A stretch of 26,807 nt of DNA. It comes from Octopus sinensis. Lineage: Eukaryota. Of this stretch, positions 1 to 9,907 are shown piece after piece (position 1 is the first letter of the stretch; each line of letters starts with the position of its first letter). The position numbers and the translations under genes are program-made. A model generated the notes under the pieces. That model worked only from the letters and a program-made list of their open reading frames with translations. It had not been told where the DNA came from and did not search any database. The DNA lies in NCBI RefSeq assembly GCF_006345805.1, contig NW_021834090.1, positions 1 to 26,807 of the forward strand, read 5' to 3'.

Positions 1-55
1 AGCTTAAACATTAAGTACAGAGGTCAATTAGTTCGACTCAAAATTTCTCAAACCA

Positions 56-430
56 GTGGCATCTCTATATATACACATAATCCTTTCCAAGCCATGTTCG
101 TTAAAGGAATTGTTCGTTACCCGAGTAATTGAAATACATACAAATAGAAGAAATGTGTTCCATGCCCTCCCCAAAGCCACAAAAGTTATATTATACCTTA
201 GCGTTGATTCAAAAGAAAATCATGTAAAGACCGTATGTAGTGTGACTGCTCAGTTTGGTTTACACACAACACCGGCTTGAACAGAAAAATGTTGGTGCAG
301 AAATTGCGTATCAAAGGTGATATGAAAGTGGTTATCATTGAGCGGAGGGACATAAATTATAACAGATAATGATCAAGCAAAATATTTAGCCTTATTCAAG
401 AACATCATTTTATAATTTATAATATAAGTG
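56..430 (-). pseudogene. Decayed LRR-coding block (ectodomain fragment of a B-type TLR-like copy whose 3' part lies left of the window)
   Basis: Homologous to 9150-9534, 15655-16038, 25865-26253. Sister copies read FSGKPNLTVTL on the minus strand, an LRR-like motif. Frames are broken. Confidence 0.5.
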
Positions 431-431
431 T

Positions 432-808
432 GGGTGCAGGAGTAGCTGTTTAGTAAGCAGCGTGCTTACCAATCACATGGTTCGGGTTTCAGTCCCACTG
501 CGTGGCACTTTGGAAGGATGCGTTCTACTATAACCTCGGGCCGACCAAAGCATTTTTTGGATCTGGAAGACGGAAACTGAAAGAAGCCCTCATTTGTGTG
601 TGTGGTGTGTGTGTGTGTGTGAGTTTGTGTGTCTGTGTTTGTCCCCACCATCGCTTGACAACCGATTTTTTGAGTTTACGTCCCCGTAATTTAGTGGTTC
701 AGCAAAGGTGACTCATAGATTAAGTACATGGCTTATAAATAATAAGTTCGATTAAAAAGGTGATGCTCCCGCATGGCCACGCAGTAAAATGGCTGAAACA
801 AATAAAGG
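432..808 (+). mobile_element. tRNA-derived SINE, family 1 (CORE-like, Octopus-type)
   Basis: gggtgcaggagtagctgtttagtaag head, B-box-like gttcgggtttcagtccc, core ccactgcgtggcac..ttctactataacctcgggccgaccaaagc, internal (TG)n, tail ggctgaaacaaataaa. Many further copies in the window. Confidence 0.88.
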
Positions 809-1200
809 AACTGTGCAGAGTGGTTACAAATATGCACAAAGTCTCTTATAGCTGTTTCTAGAATAGCTAAGCATGTTATTGAGTAAAGAATTCCATCTGA
901 GCAAATCATTCCGTTATTGGGAGAAAGGAGAAGAAAATGCAGAAATGCATAATATCCTTTATCGAGGATATTATTTCGTTACCAGTCTTTTGGGAAACCA
1001 TGGAGTTCTCAGATAAATGTGTTGGGTATTTCGTGATCGAAGAGTTAGTAAAGTTTCCAGGAAAGTCCCTGGCAAAGGATAATGGAAGTTAACAGTTGCA
1101 TCTTTGAATAGAAAGTGAATCAGATTTGGAAGGCCTTGGAGATCTATTATTAGGCGAATGAGAAATACATGAGAGTATAATAGAGATTAGTCTATATAGT
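809..1200 (-). pseudogene. Decayed LRR-coding block (most 5' recognisable part of the B-type TLR-like ectodomain)
   Basis: Minus strand reads QGLPNLIHFL (1140-1108). Sister copy 9908-10294 reads RLFQGLPNLIHFL..PGTFLETLRTLRS and SNNGMICSDGILYSITCLAILETA. Confidence 0.65.
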
Positions 1201-1229
1201 GAGGGGGTGTTTGACTTGGGGGTTAAGGG

Positions 1230-1460
1230 GATGCATGTATACACAAACATGCATACGGACAGAGACATACATATATACACACGCACTAACATGTGCACAC
1301 ACAGACGCACACACACATACATGCAGTGGCATATTCCCATTTATATACACACAGTCAGATACACACAATTACGCGGCCATACATACACATGCATACGTAT
1401 GAGTTTTGAGATGTACAGATAAATGTCTGTTTGCACACACAGACACACACACATACAAAT
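1230..1460. repeat. Degenerate (CA)/(TA) low-complexity tract
   Basis: acac/atac runs; homologous tract at ~16510-16740. Confidence 0.85.
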
Positions 1461-1547
1461 TCTCGCATAGTCATCGTATATAAGTATAGAGAGTTAAATT
1501 AAATTAGGTCAGTAGAGGAGAGAGAGGAGAGGATTGTTTAGTAATTA

Positions 1548-3065
1548 AGGATGAGAAAAAGCAGGTATATAAACGCCAGTCGACTCATTGTTTATTTGTC
1601 TACCAATGTGGGCCAGAGTGATTAAATCGCCAACCTGGAAATACCCAGGACTGGATAGGGTACTAGGATATTGGCTGAAAACTTCCCCATCACTACACAG
1701 AAGAATAGCCAAGCAAATATATAAAATGATCAACAACGGGGTACAAATCCCAAAGAGGCTGACCACAAGTAAAACAATTCATTGCCTAAAGAATCCCAAC
1801 AAAACAATGCAGTGGATAATTGCCGGCCTATCACCTGTCTGCCCCTCATGTGGAAGTTGTTGAAAGGAATAATATCTAATTAGGTGTATAATTTCCAGGA
1901 AATAAATTACAAAGAGCCATGTGAACAAACGGTAGAAAGCAAAGCCAAGAGACAGTTACAGACTAATATGGTTTCAGAAAGGAAAATGAACGGGAGACAC
2001 AGTTTGTAAGCAACTGCACACGGTCAGGCATTCATAACTAACTAGATAAAGCCAAAATAGACATGATGCAACACTCACGGATAAGTGAATGTTTGAGTAT
2101 ATTCAGTATTGCAGACAACACCAGAGACTTAATTAGTTACAGCAATAGTGCAAAGAATCGAAACAGGTGACACTGCCTTAGGAAATGTTAATTTCGGGCG
2201 AGGAATTTTCCAGGGGAGACACGTTATCCCCTTAATATATGTGTTATGCTTAACGTCGTCAGTTTAGTACTAGAAAGGCAAAAGCAGGGTATCAGTTTGA
2301 GATGATAAAGGGAATATTAATCATTTGCTCAAGATGGACGATGGAAGCTTTTGGTTCCTTAATACGAATTATAAGATTCTTCAGCAAAGATATAGGCATG
2401 GAATCTGGCATAGATATGTTCGCAAAATAAGTCATGAAAAAGGGACAGGTAGTCAGCAGTGAAGGCCAGATAGCAAGAGAGTAAAATCACTGAAGGGAGA
2501 GAATCATAAGTGCTTCGGAGTATTAGAATCTGACGGTGTATTAACAATGGAAATGAAAAGGAAAAATAGATAAGGAGTACATCGGAAGGATGAAGAAGCT
2601 AATGAAGGGAAAGCGAAGAGTTCGAAATCTAGAAGAGGTTGTAAAAACTTTGGGAAGTTACCTCGGTATTCAGCAGAATTTGTTGATTGGAAAAGATCTG
2701 AATTAGCAAATCTAGACAGAAGAACAAGGAAGGAATTCAATATGAATGGAGGATTTCAGCCTCGATTAGGAAGAGCAACATTTCACTTACTTAGAATAAC
2801 GAAAGTGGAAGAGGTTTAATATAACCAGAAGGTAGCGTAGAGTTAGCCAGAGTTGATATATATAATAGTGAAGAAAATCTATGATTTGCTAGATTTATAG
2901 TAGTAGATAGGAAAGGAAAAAGCCAAATGAATTAAAACCAGAAAAAAGGAGGGAGATTATCTAACTGACATGAGAATGTTTGCATGGTCGATTGGCAAAG
3001 ATACGTGCAGGAATAGTAATAGTGAGACATGGTTAAGGTTGCTGAAAAGGAAGACAGAGTTTCTA
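1548..3065 (+). mobile_element. Fossil non-LTR retrotransposon RT fragment, R4/Dong-like clade
   Basis: Frame-broken RT motifs: [39 protein letters not shown] (~1815-1875), RGIFQG.DTLSPL (~2198-2235), INHLLKMDD (~2315-2342), DIGME. Many stops and frameshifts. Confidence 0.9.
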
Positions 3066-3069
3066 AGCA

Positions 3070-4165
3070 ACATCTTGATATAAGGTCGGACTTATATTTC
3101 TGAGAGATCTAGAAAATTAACATCCACCATCATCTGATGTGTCATACATAATTATTGTAGATGTAGGTTTCAGGACTAATGAATGCCTATTACTGAACAT
3201 TTGCGCTATCAGCCCTGTCGTAAGCATTTGAGACAATGATATTCCATTGTCTCACACCGTACCGTCCTAATAACCACGGAAAGAACACCACACACATTGC
3301 GATGTAGGAAATCGACGGGATGATCATGACCGAAACGCCTATGATCATATTCTTGTCATCAGTGAACAACAAGCATTCTTTACAAGCACTGAAATATATT
3401 CTAGGAAACGAGGAAAATTCGTCGGGTTTGCATTTTAGTATCGAGCGATGAGGTCGTATCTTTGAGCAATGGCCATCCCAATAATCGATAAAAACAATGG
3501 TGTTTGTTTTAGAAAAGCGTCAAGTATATAAGAATGGTGTTGCCAGAAATATTAAAAATAAAATTTTGGTAATATAATAGAAGTCGAGGACACATGAAAC
3601 CGTGGTTAAGGGTGCTACCCACGATAACAAGCTCGTGATTTCAAATACCGACGAGAGATGTATGGCGCGCAAGACACTTCATCTCATGTTACACAGGCGA
3701 CCATTTCAACACTTGACGTGTAGGAATGGTGGATAGCTGGAAAATAGTTTTATTTTCCGGATATTAAAGAATTTCAGCCAATCACATATATCAAGGGAAA
3801 ATACTGCCACGCTCGTTTAAAAAAGAAAAGAGAATTATTACAACAGGGTATTTCATTCAGTATGCTTATCGGATAGCAGCTGGAACGTGGTTCAAAATTA
3901 GAATGTTTAGATAAGTGGATAAAATTGATTTAATTTCTGTTAATAATTCAAACTGAAGTAATATTTGGAGCCGGCGTTATAAAGGTAAATAATTTTTTTA
4001 CTTTTCTTTTAAGATTTTACATTTATATTACACACACATATATATGATTTATTTTTTCCCTCTCTCTCTATCTATCTTTCTATAAATATGAGACTTAATA
4101 AAATAACGTTGTGTTCTGACGATCATTTTTCGGTGAGCATTTGGTTCCAAACAAAAATAACATAG
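3070..4165 (-). pseudogene. TLR-like pseudogene fragment A1 (LRRs - LRRCT - TM - first part of TIR)
   Basis: Across frameshifts: IYLYNAGSKY, AVFSLDICDWLKFFNIRKI, ISGN/PFLYT* (LRRCT NPFxCxC remnant), LKCKPDEFSSFPRIYFSACKEC, TM MIIGVSVMIIPSISYIAMCVVFF, PWLLGRYGVRQW, then **AFIS (TIR box-1 YDAFIS remnant). The TIR is cut off at the LINE. Confidence 0.72.
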
Positions 4166-4257
4166 CGGATCGGCAAAGTGACCAATAAAATCACACATAC
4201 TAACATATAGACACACACACACACACATTTATATATATATATATACATATATACGAG

Positions 4258-4412
4258 GGGCTTCTTTCAGTTTCTGTTTCCCAAATCCTCTCACAGGGCT
4301 TTGGTCGACCCGAGGCTATAGTAAAAGACACTTGCCTAAAGTGCAACGCTGGGGACTGAACCAGAACCATGTGATTGGTAAACAGCTACTTACCACACGA
4401 CACTCCAAAGCC

Positions 4413-4413
<1 letters not shown>
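4258..4413 (-). mobile_element. SINE family 1, 5' half
   Basis: Reverse complement of head and core (gggcttctttcagtttc..ggctttggtcgacccgaggctatagtaaaagacacttgcc..cttaccacac). Confidence 0.85.
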
Positions 4414-4472
<59 letters not shown>

Positions 4473-4480
4473 ATATATAC
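4414..4480. repeat. (TA)n microsatellite
   Basis: Near-perfect TA run. Confidence 0.95.
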
Positions 4481-4539
4481 AAATGTACATAATTGCAACA
4501 CATTCACATACACAAACATCACCGGTACACTTACACCAC

Positions 4540-4620
4540 ATAAAGTCAAAGGGGGACTTCGGTGGGAAAGGAACTCAGAACGCGAATAGCCGACAGAACG
4601 CTGCAAAGCAATTTGTAAAT
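4540..4620 (-). mobile_element. Diverged fragment of SINE family 2
   Basis: aaagtcaaagggggacttcggtgggaaaggaactcagaacg resembles aaggcaaagtcgacctcggcggaatttgaactcagaacg; also at ~10555-10630 and ~19820-19872. Confidence 0.7.
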
Positions 4621-4624
4621 TTTT

Positions 4625-6286
4625 GTACAGGCATTGTGTAGAGGCATTGCCGACTATTTTGCTTGGATATTCTGTTTAATATTATCTTTTTAATTTAAGC
4701 TCTATACTTTTTAAGCGAACACTTATTTTTTTCATTCGAAAGTCCTGCGGGGATGGAAGGTGACGAAGCATTCAGATCTGAGGTGGTGGAGCATGTATTT
4801 AGTGGTCTACACCAAAGTGTCCTATGGGTTTTGGTTGCATGTGTGCTTAAGAAGTTAATTCAGGGAAAACCCGCTCACCTAGAGAAACCGAGACAATGCT
4901 ATATAACTAAATGGATGGAAGATGACCACTGGATGTCCTCTGACCATAGCTTTACTCAATCAGGAAACATTGGCTTGTGGCGCAGATATGTTATAATGTT
5001 TTCATCAAACACCTGGAAATAGCTGCGAAATCTCTTTCCAATCACACACTCTTATTTACACAATGGAGGACATGGTTGCTAATGTTGGAATAAAAACAAT
5101 TAGTAGGCTATAATGGAATGCCTTTTCTGCAAAATTACGATAAGTCAGGGCAACAACAACGTCGACCACAACACCCTAAGTAAAACAACACACAAAAAAC
5201 CCCAAAAAGATATAAACCCAAAATTGACCTCGTTCTCAGACTTTGTATCACCTCACCAAACTCGGCAATTTTCTGCGTCAGACTTTCTATCATTACATGA
5301 TACAACGCCATATCGTTAGCTGACAAGAGACATCTCTTAGGAGTAACGCTCAGATCTTTCTCGGGATCCATGTAATTCAGTGGGTGTTGTTTCAGGAAAC
5401 GCCCAGTAGATAAGAAGGATTTCTGGGTTGCTGTCTCACCTACATATGTCATGTTCCATGTTTAATAATATAATTGTGTCCAAGGCGAATGACCACGCTG
5501 TTAATGGTGCTGCAAATCGCGATAGCGAGATCGCGGTTTCAATCCCGTAAAGGGAATTGTATTGCGTTCTTAGCAAAACCTCATCTCATATTACTTTGCG
5601 GTCGTGTAGGAATGGTGAATTTCTGGAAAATGGATTTATTTTTCGGATATTAAAGTACAGCGAATCACATACATCGACAGAAAATACTGACACTGCCGTT
5701 AAAAAAACACATAACGGGTTATAACAAATGTGTACTTCGGTCAGAATTCTAATCCGATACAAGCCGCAGAATGAGACAATAAACTTTCATGAGGTAATAG
5801 AATATTCAGATAAGTGGATAAACTTTTCTAATTTCTGTAAAAAAATTTATACTGAAGTCATTTTGAAAACCGGCATTGTAAATGTAAATCAATTTTTTGC
5901 TACTTTCCTGTAAATATTTAAAATTAATATTTATATACACACATATCTACACTGGCGAAATTAAATTTAAGACCGATGATAATAATCCTATTTCTAACAA
6001 AATATTTTGTTACTAACCATACAAATATTTCCTATATTTTACACCTTATGGAGATTTATTTCTCTTTGAATGATGCAGACAATAACTATTTTATACAACT
6101 TGAAGAATGCATGAAAGTACTTGTTCACTCAGAGTGGATATTTGATATTCTATCGATTCCATTATGTTATCTTATCGTATCATATATTATTATAAGATTG
6201 TAAATAAATCATGAAAATCAAATTGGGAATTTCTTTCAGTAATATATTCTCCTATATACAATCATACACACCTGTGTATAAGTGCA

Positions 6287-6290
<4 letters not shown>
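4625..6290 (-). pseudogene. TLR-like pseudogene B-I, 3' core (LRRs - LRRCT - TM - TIR)
   Basis: Minus strand across frameshifts: KLIYIYNAG, LSEYSITS*KF, VFSVDVCDSLYFNIRKINPF, KSFLSTGRFLK (NPFxCxC remnant), KRCLL, TM ILGLYLFGVFCVLFYLGCC. TIR remnants: KAFHYS, LERDF, FPGV/DENIITYL, VVIF, LSRFL*, ERVFPEL..AH, RRTFE* (cf. DAFISYS, ERDFxPG..ENII, LSxxFLxSEWCxFEL..AH, TYLEW). Confidence 0.75.

Positions 6291-6321
<31 letters not shown>
6290..6321. repeat. (TA)n microsatellite
   Basis: TA run. Confidence 0.95.
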
Positions 6322-6324
<3 letters not shown>

Positions 6325-6444
6325 GATATTATTACTTACAATAATATCAAGTGGCAAGCATGAGTAAAAACAATCCCATAAGGTAAAGCTTCATTAATTA
6401 ATAATAAAGTCCTACAAGCAGCACCAGCACGCTAAAAATAGCAG

Positions 6445-6942
6445 CACGAAGGGAGAGAAGAGAGAGAGAGAGAGAGAGGAAGAGAGAAGACAGAAGGAGG
6501 GAAAAAGAGAGAGAAAATAAGTGTGGAACAGGAGAGAGAGAGAAAGAAAAAAGAGAGAGAGAAGAGAGAGACAAATTCGAATAATAATTAGTCAGATAAA
6601 CAAATAGAAACTTCTATAAATAGATTGACAGACACACACACACATATACACACACACATACACACATAAAATATAATTTGTAAAAAACGCAATAGAAGAC
6701 AATAAAAGATTGGGACAGATAGACGATAGAAGGCGGACAGGAGAAACAAAGATTAGAAGGACAGGCAAAAAAAGACGGTCATTCTTGGCTTTCTTTCCTC
6801 AGTCAGTCCCACAAGTCACGACCATCTCGGGCAGTTACACTTGAGATGGTTCGATCTGGTTGCTCCCCCACTAAAAGTCTCACTCTCTTTCTCTCTCTCT
6901 CTCTCTCTGTGTCTCTGTCTCTCCTCTCTCTCTCTCTCTGTG

Positions 6943-6973
<31 letters not shown>

Positions 6974-7103
6974 ATATCTATATATATATATATATATATA
7001 TCATATTTTATCCTTACGTTTCCACGTGTTATATTTTCTTTCTGTAACATATTTCTACCATGCATATATATACATACATATATATATAATATATCACACA
7101 CAT

Positions 7104-7136
<33 letters not shown>

Positions 7137-7170
7137 ACACACACACACACCACACAGACATATATATGTG
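6445..7170. repeat. Compound (GA)n, (CA)n, (CT)n, (TA)n low-complexity region
   Basis: GA-rich 6450-6575, CA 6630-6670, CT/TA 6880-7000, CA 7090-7160; duplicated at ~12870-13570. Confidence 0.9.
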
Positions 7171-7406
7171 TGTTGTGTATGTGCGTGTATTCATTCAAAC
7201 AATTACTAATATATAGCTGTACCAATGGGAAATTCCGTTTGTACAATTGTTCCGAGTATAAATTATTTGGCAAACAATCCACTTGACAAACAGTAGAAAA
7301 GTAGACATTTATATAAATTTTAATACATAATAAGCGGGATGAGAAAAATAGTCGTAGCAGAGAGTCGCTGAGTTGATCATAGTATGTGACACGGAGAATT
7401 TAAACT

Positions 7407-7407
7407 A

Positions 7408-7456
<49 letters not shown>

Positions 7457-7497
7457 TAATAATAATATTAATAATAATAACAATAATAATAATAAAA
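7407..7497. repeat. (AAT)n microsatellite
   Basis: AAT run; equivalent tracts at 13811-13992 and 23562-24293. Confidence 0.95.
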
Positions 7498-7502
7498 TAT
7501 CC

Positions 7503-7869
7503 TGTCTACTGAAGCACAAGGACAAGTCCATTACATCGATCCCAGTGTATAACTGGTACTTAATTCATCGTTCCCGAAAGGATGAAAGGCAATATCGACC
7601 TCGGCGAATTTGAACTCAGAACGTAGTGAGAGACGAAATACCTATTTCTTTCCGACCCTCCAGGGGCTAAACACAGAGATGACAACAAGGACAAACAAAC
7701 GGATTAAATCGATTATATCGACGCCGTGCGTAACTGGAATTTATTAATCGACCCCGAAAGATGAAAGGCAATGCCGACCTCGGCGAATCTGAACTCAGAA
7801 CGTAACCGCAGACGAAATCCTGCTAAGCATTCGCCCGACGTGCTAACGTTTGCTGCCAGCTCGCGCCTT
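7503..7869 (-). mobile_element. tRNA-derived SINE family 2, dimer-like element
   Basis: Two tandem copies of atcg..ccgaaaggatgaaaggcaa..cgacctcggcgaatttgaactcagaacgta, ending in the reverse-complement head gctaacgtttgctgccagctcgcgcctt. Confidence 0.88.
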
Positions 7870-7909
7870 CGGGCAGACGAAATACTTCTGAGCGTTTCAC
7901 CTGGCGTAC

Positions 7910-7948
7910 CAACAACACCACCACCACCACCACACCCCCACCACCACC

Positions 7949-7982
<34 letters not shown>

Positions 7983-8058
7983 TCAAAAACAACAATAACA
8001 AAAAATAACAACAGCAACAAACAATAAGAATAAGAATAAGAATATTAATAATAATATA
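7910..8058. repeat. (CAC)n/(CAA)n/(AAT)n trinucleotide tract
   Basis: Source of the spurious poly-P/H/Q ORF 7771..7998. Confidence 0.92.
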
Positions 8059-8188
8059 AAGTGAGGATCAAATATATATTGCGTGTGTTCCATTGGCAAC
8101 AGACGACCATCTCCAAATAGAAGAATTATGTTTTAAAACCCCAATTTCAAAATGCATGAACGTAATAATATTAATATTAAGTAGAAAT

Positions 8189-8325
8189 ATTCCCGCCGAG
8201 GTGTGTTTTTGCATTTTATCCTTTCGGGGTTGATGAAATCAATATCAGTTAAGTACTTGGGTCGATTTAATCAACTACTCCCTCCCCCGAAATTGCTGTT
8301 GTTGTGCCAAATTTGAAATGAATGT
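8189..8325 (+). mobile_element. SINE family 2 fragment
   Basis: ttcccgccgagg..tttatcctttcggggttgatgaaat..gggtcgatttaatc..aaatttgaaatgaat; copies at ~14657-14786 and ~24866-25000. Confidence 0.75.
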
Positions 8326-8471
8326 GTAGGAGAAATAAACACAACACAGCATTACTCACTAATGGACACCATGTTAATCGTTTAAACAAATTAAAAGTGA
8401 TAAGCGGCTTGGAGAGTGTTTCATCTTTATGGCGTGTTTCCTTGGATTGAATCTGTGTAGGGGGGCATGTT

Positions 8472-9142
8472 TAGGCGCGGCTGTGTGGTAAGACGCTTGC
8501 TTCCAAATCTGGTTTCGGGTTCAGTTCCACTGCGTGGCACACTGCGCACATTTCTTCTACTGTAGCCATTTGACTCTCAAAATCTTCAGGAGTGGATTTG
8601 GTAGATGGAAACGGAAAGAAGCCCATTGTGGCTATTCTTTTACTTGTTTCAGTCATTTGACTGTGGCCATGCTGGAGCTCCGCCATTAGTCGAACAAATC
8701 GACTCTTGGACTTAATCTTTGTAAGCCTAGTACTTATTCCATCATTTTCTTTCCGAACCGTCAAGTTACAGGGACGTAAGCACACCAACATTGGTTGTCA
8801 ATGATGGTGGAGGACAATATACACACACAAAGACACACAGACACACACATGGGACTGGCTTATTGAGTTTCCATCTATGAAATCCACTCTCAAGGCTTTG
8901 GTCGGCCCTTGGCTATAGTAGCAGTCACTCAGCCAGGTTTCTCGCAACGGACTGAACCCGGAACCATGTGTTTCTTACACTACAGCCCACTCCTATGCCT
9001 ATATATGTCTGTCTGTATGTATCAGTGTGTTGTGTGTGTGTCCTTTTGTCCGTGTTTGTCCCACCGTTTAGCGATTCACCAAAACTACTCCATAATAAAG
9101 TCACTTAAAAATAAGATACAGACAGAGTCATTATTCGACTCA
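8472..9142 (+). mobile_element. SINE family 1 (outer), split at ~8632/9001 by an inverted family-1 copy
   Basis: Head taggcgcggctgtgtggtaag to gaagccc at 8472-8632; body resumes with (TG)n..gtttgtcccacc at 9001. Confidence 0.8.
8633..9000 (-). mobile_element. Full-length SINE family 1 nested in opposite orientation
   Basis: Starts with reverse-complement tail tattcttttacttgtttcagtcatttgactgtggccatgctggagc; ends with reverse-complement head cactcctatgcct. Confidence 0.88.
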
Positions 9143-9534
9143 AAACATCTCAAACCAGTGGCATCTCTATATATACACATAATCCTTTCTGAGCCATGTT
9201 CGTTAAAGAAATTGTTCGTTACATAAGTAATTGAAATACTTAAAATAGAAGAAATCCGTTCATGCCACTCCCCAAAGCCACATAAAAGTATATATTATAC
9301 CTTAGCGTTGATACAATAGAAAGTCATGTGAAAGGTCGAATGTAGTGTGACTGTCAAGTTTGGTTTACCACTAAAACACCGCTTGTACAGAAAAATGTGG
9401 TGCAGAAATTGGGTATCAACGGTTTAAGGTGTGGTTGATCATTGAGCGGAGGGACATAAATTATAACAGATTAGGAGCAAGAAAAACATTACCTTATTCA
9501 AGGACTTTCTTTTATAATTTATAATATAAGTATT

Positions 9535-9907
9535 GGCGCAGGAGTGGTTGTGTAGTAATAGGCGTGCTTACCACCACATTGTTCGGGGTTCAGTCCCACT
9601 GCGTGGCACCTTGGTAAAATGCGTTCTACTATAGCCTCGGGCGACCAAAGCCTTGTTAATGGATCTGGAAGACGGCAACTGAAAGAGGCCATCATGTGTG
9701 TGGGGTGTGTGTGTGTGTGTGAGTTTTTGTGTCTGTGTTTGTCCACCACCATCGCTTTAACACCGATGTTGGTGAGTTTACGTCCATGTAATAGTGGTTC
9801 AGCAAAGGAGACTCATAGAATAAGTAGAAGTCTAATAAATAACAAGTTCGGTGAAAAAGGCATTGCTCCAGCATGGCCGCAGTAAAATGGCTGAAACAAA
9901 TAAAAGA
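9535..9907 (+). mobile_element. SINE family 1 (same insertion as 432-808)
   Basis: ggcgcaggagtggttgtgtagtaatagg..ggctgaaacaaataaaag at the same position in the unit. Confidence 0.88.

Noticed and set aside
3070-5900. Cys-loop / octopus chemotactile-receptor interpretation (APLTTVSCVLD as Cys-loop, MIIPS..VFFPW as TM1)
   Set aside because: No FPFD motif or C-x13-C loop. The segment after the helix is hydrophilic and ~20 residues too short for TM2-TM3. LRR, LRRCT and TIR motifs explain the whole span in the right order.
4753-5913. Plus-strand ORFs 4753..5022, 5113..5319, 5728..5913
   Set aside because: Antisense shadows of the minus-strand remnant; not kept open in sister copies, and the synonymous bias favours the minus strand
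5900-6050. Possible intron in B (minus-strand gtgtaa...tttacag)
   Set aside because: The putative intron contains sequence homologous to the A-type LWLVGTK block with silent changes (FVWLVTK), so decayed coding sequence is more likely; not fully excluded
6841-7286. Longest ORFs in the track (146 aa, and 140 aa at 13266..13688) and other IYIY/SLSL/THTH/poly-I ORFs
   Set aside because: Stop-poor dinucleotide and trinucleotide repeats, not genes
7503-7869. Short repeated units (gaactcagaacgta, cgacctcggcg) that could suggest a CRISPR-like or tRNA array
   Set aside because: Internal duplications of a dimeric SINE; no regular repeat-spacer period, no cas genes, no complete cloverleaf
7771-7998. 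Poly-P/H/Q ORF resembling a transcription-factor low-complexity region
   Set aside because: It is a SINE-2 reverse complement plus a (CAC)/(CAA) microsatellite; frame not conserved at 14120-14425 or ~24520-24800
8060-8465. Unique blocks 8060-8190 and 8330-8465 as definite LRR coding pieces
   Set aside because: Their position fits the broken ectodomain, but I found only weak motifs (SIQGN), so they are not called separately
8471-8791. Recurring ORF (FFPFPSTKSTPEDFES..ELNPKPDLEASVLPHSRA), also at 25141..25326
   Set aside because: Lies entirely within the nested SINE pair; recurrence reflects the segmental duplication
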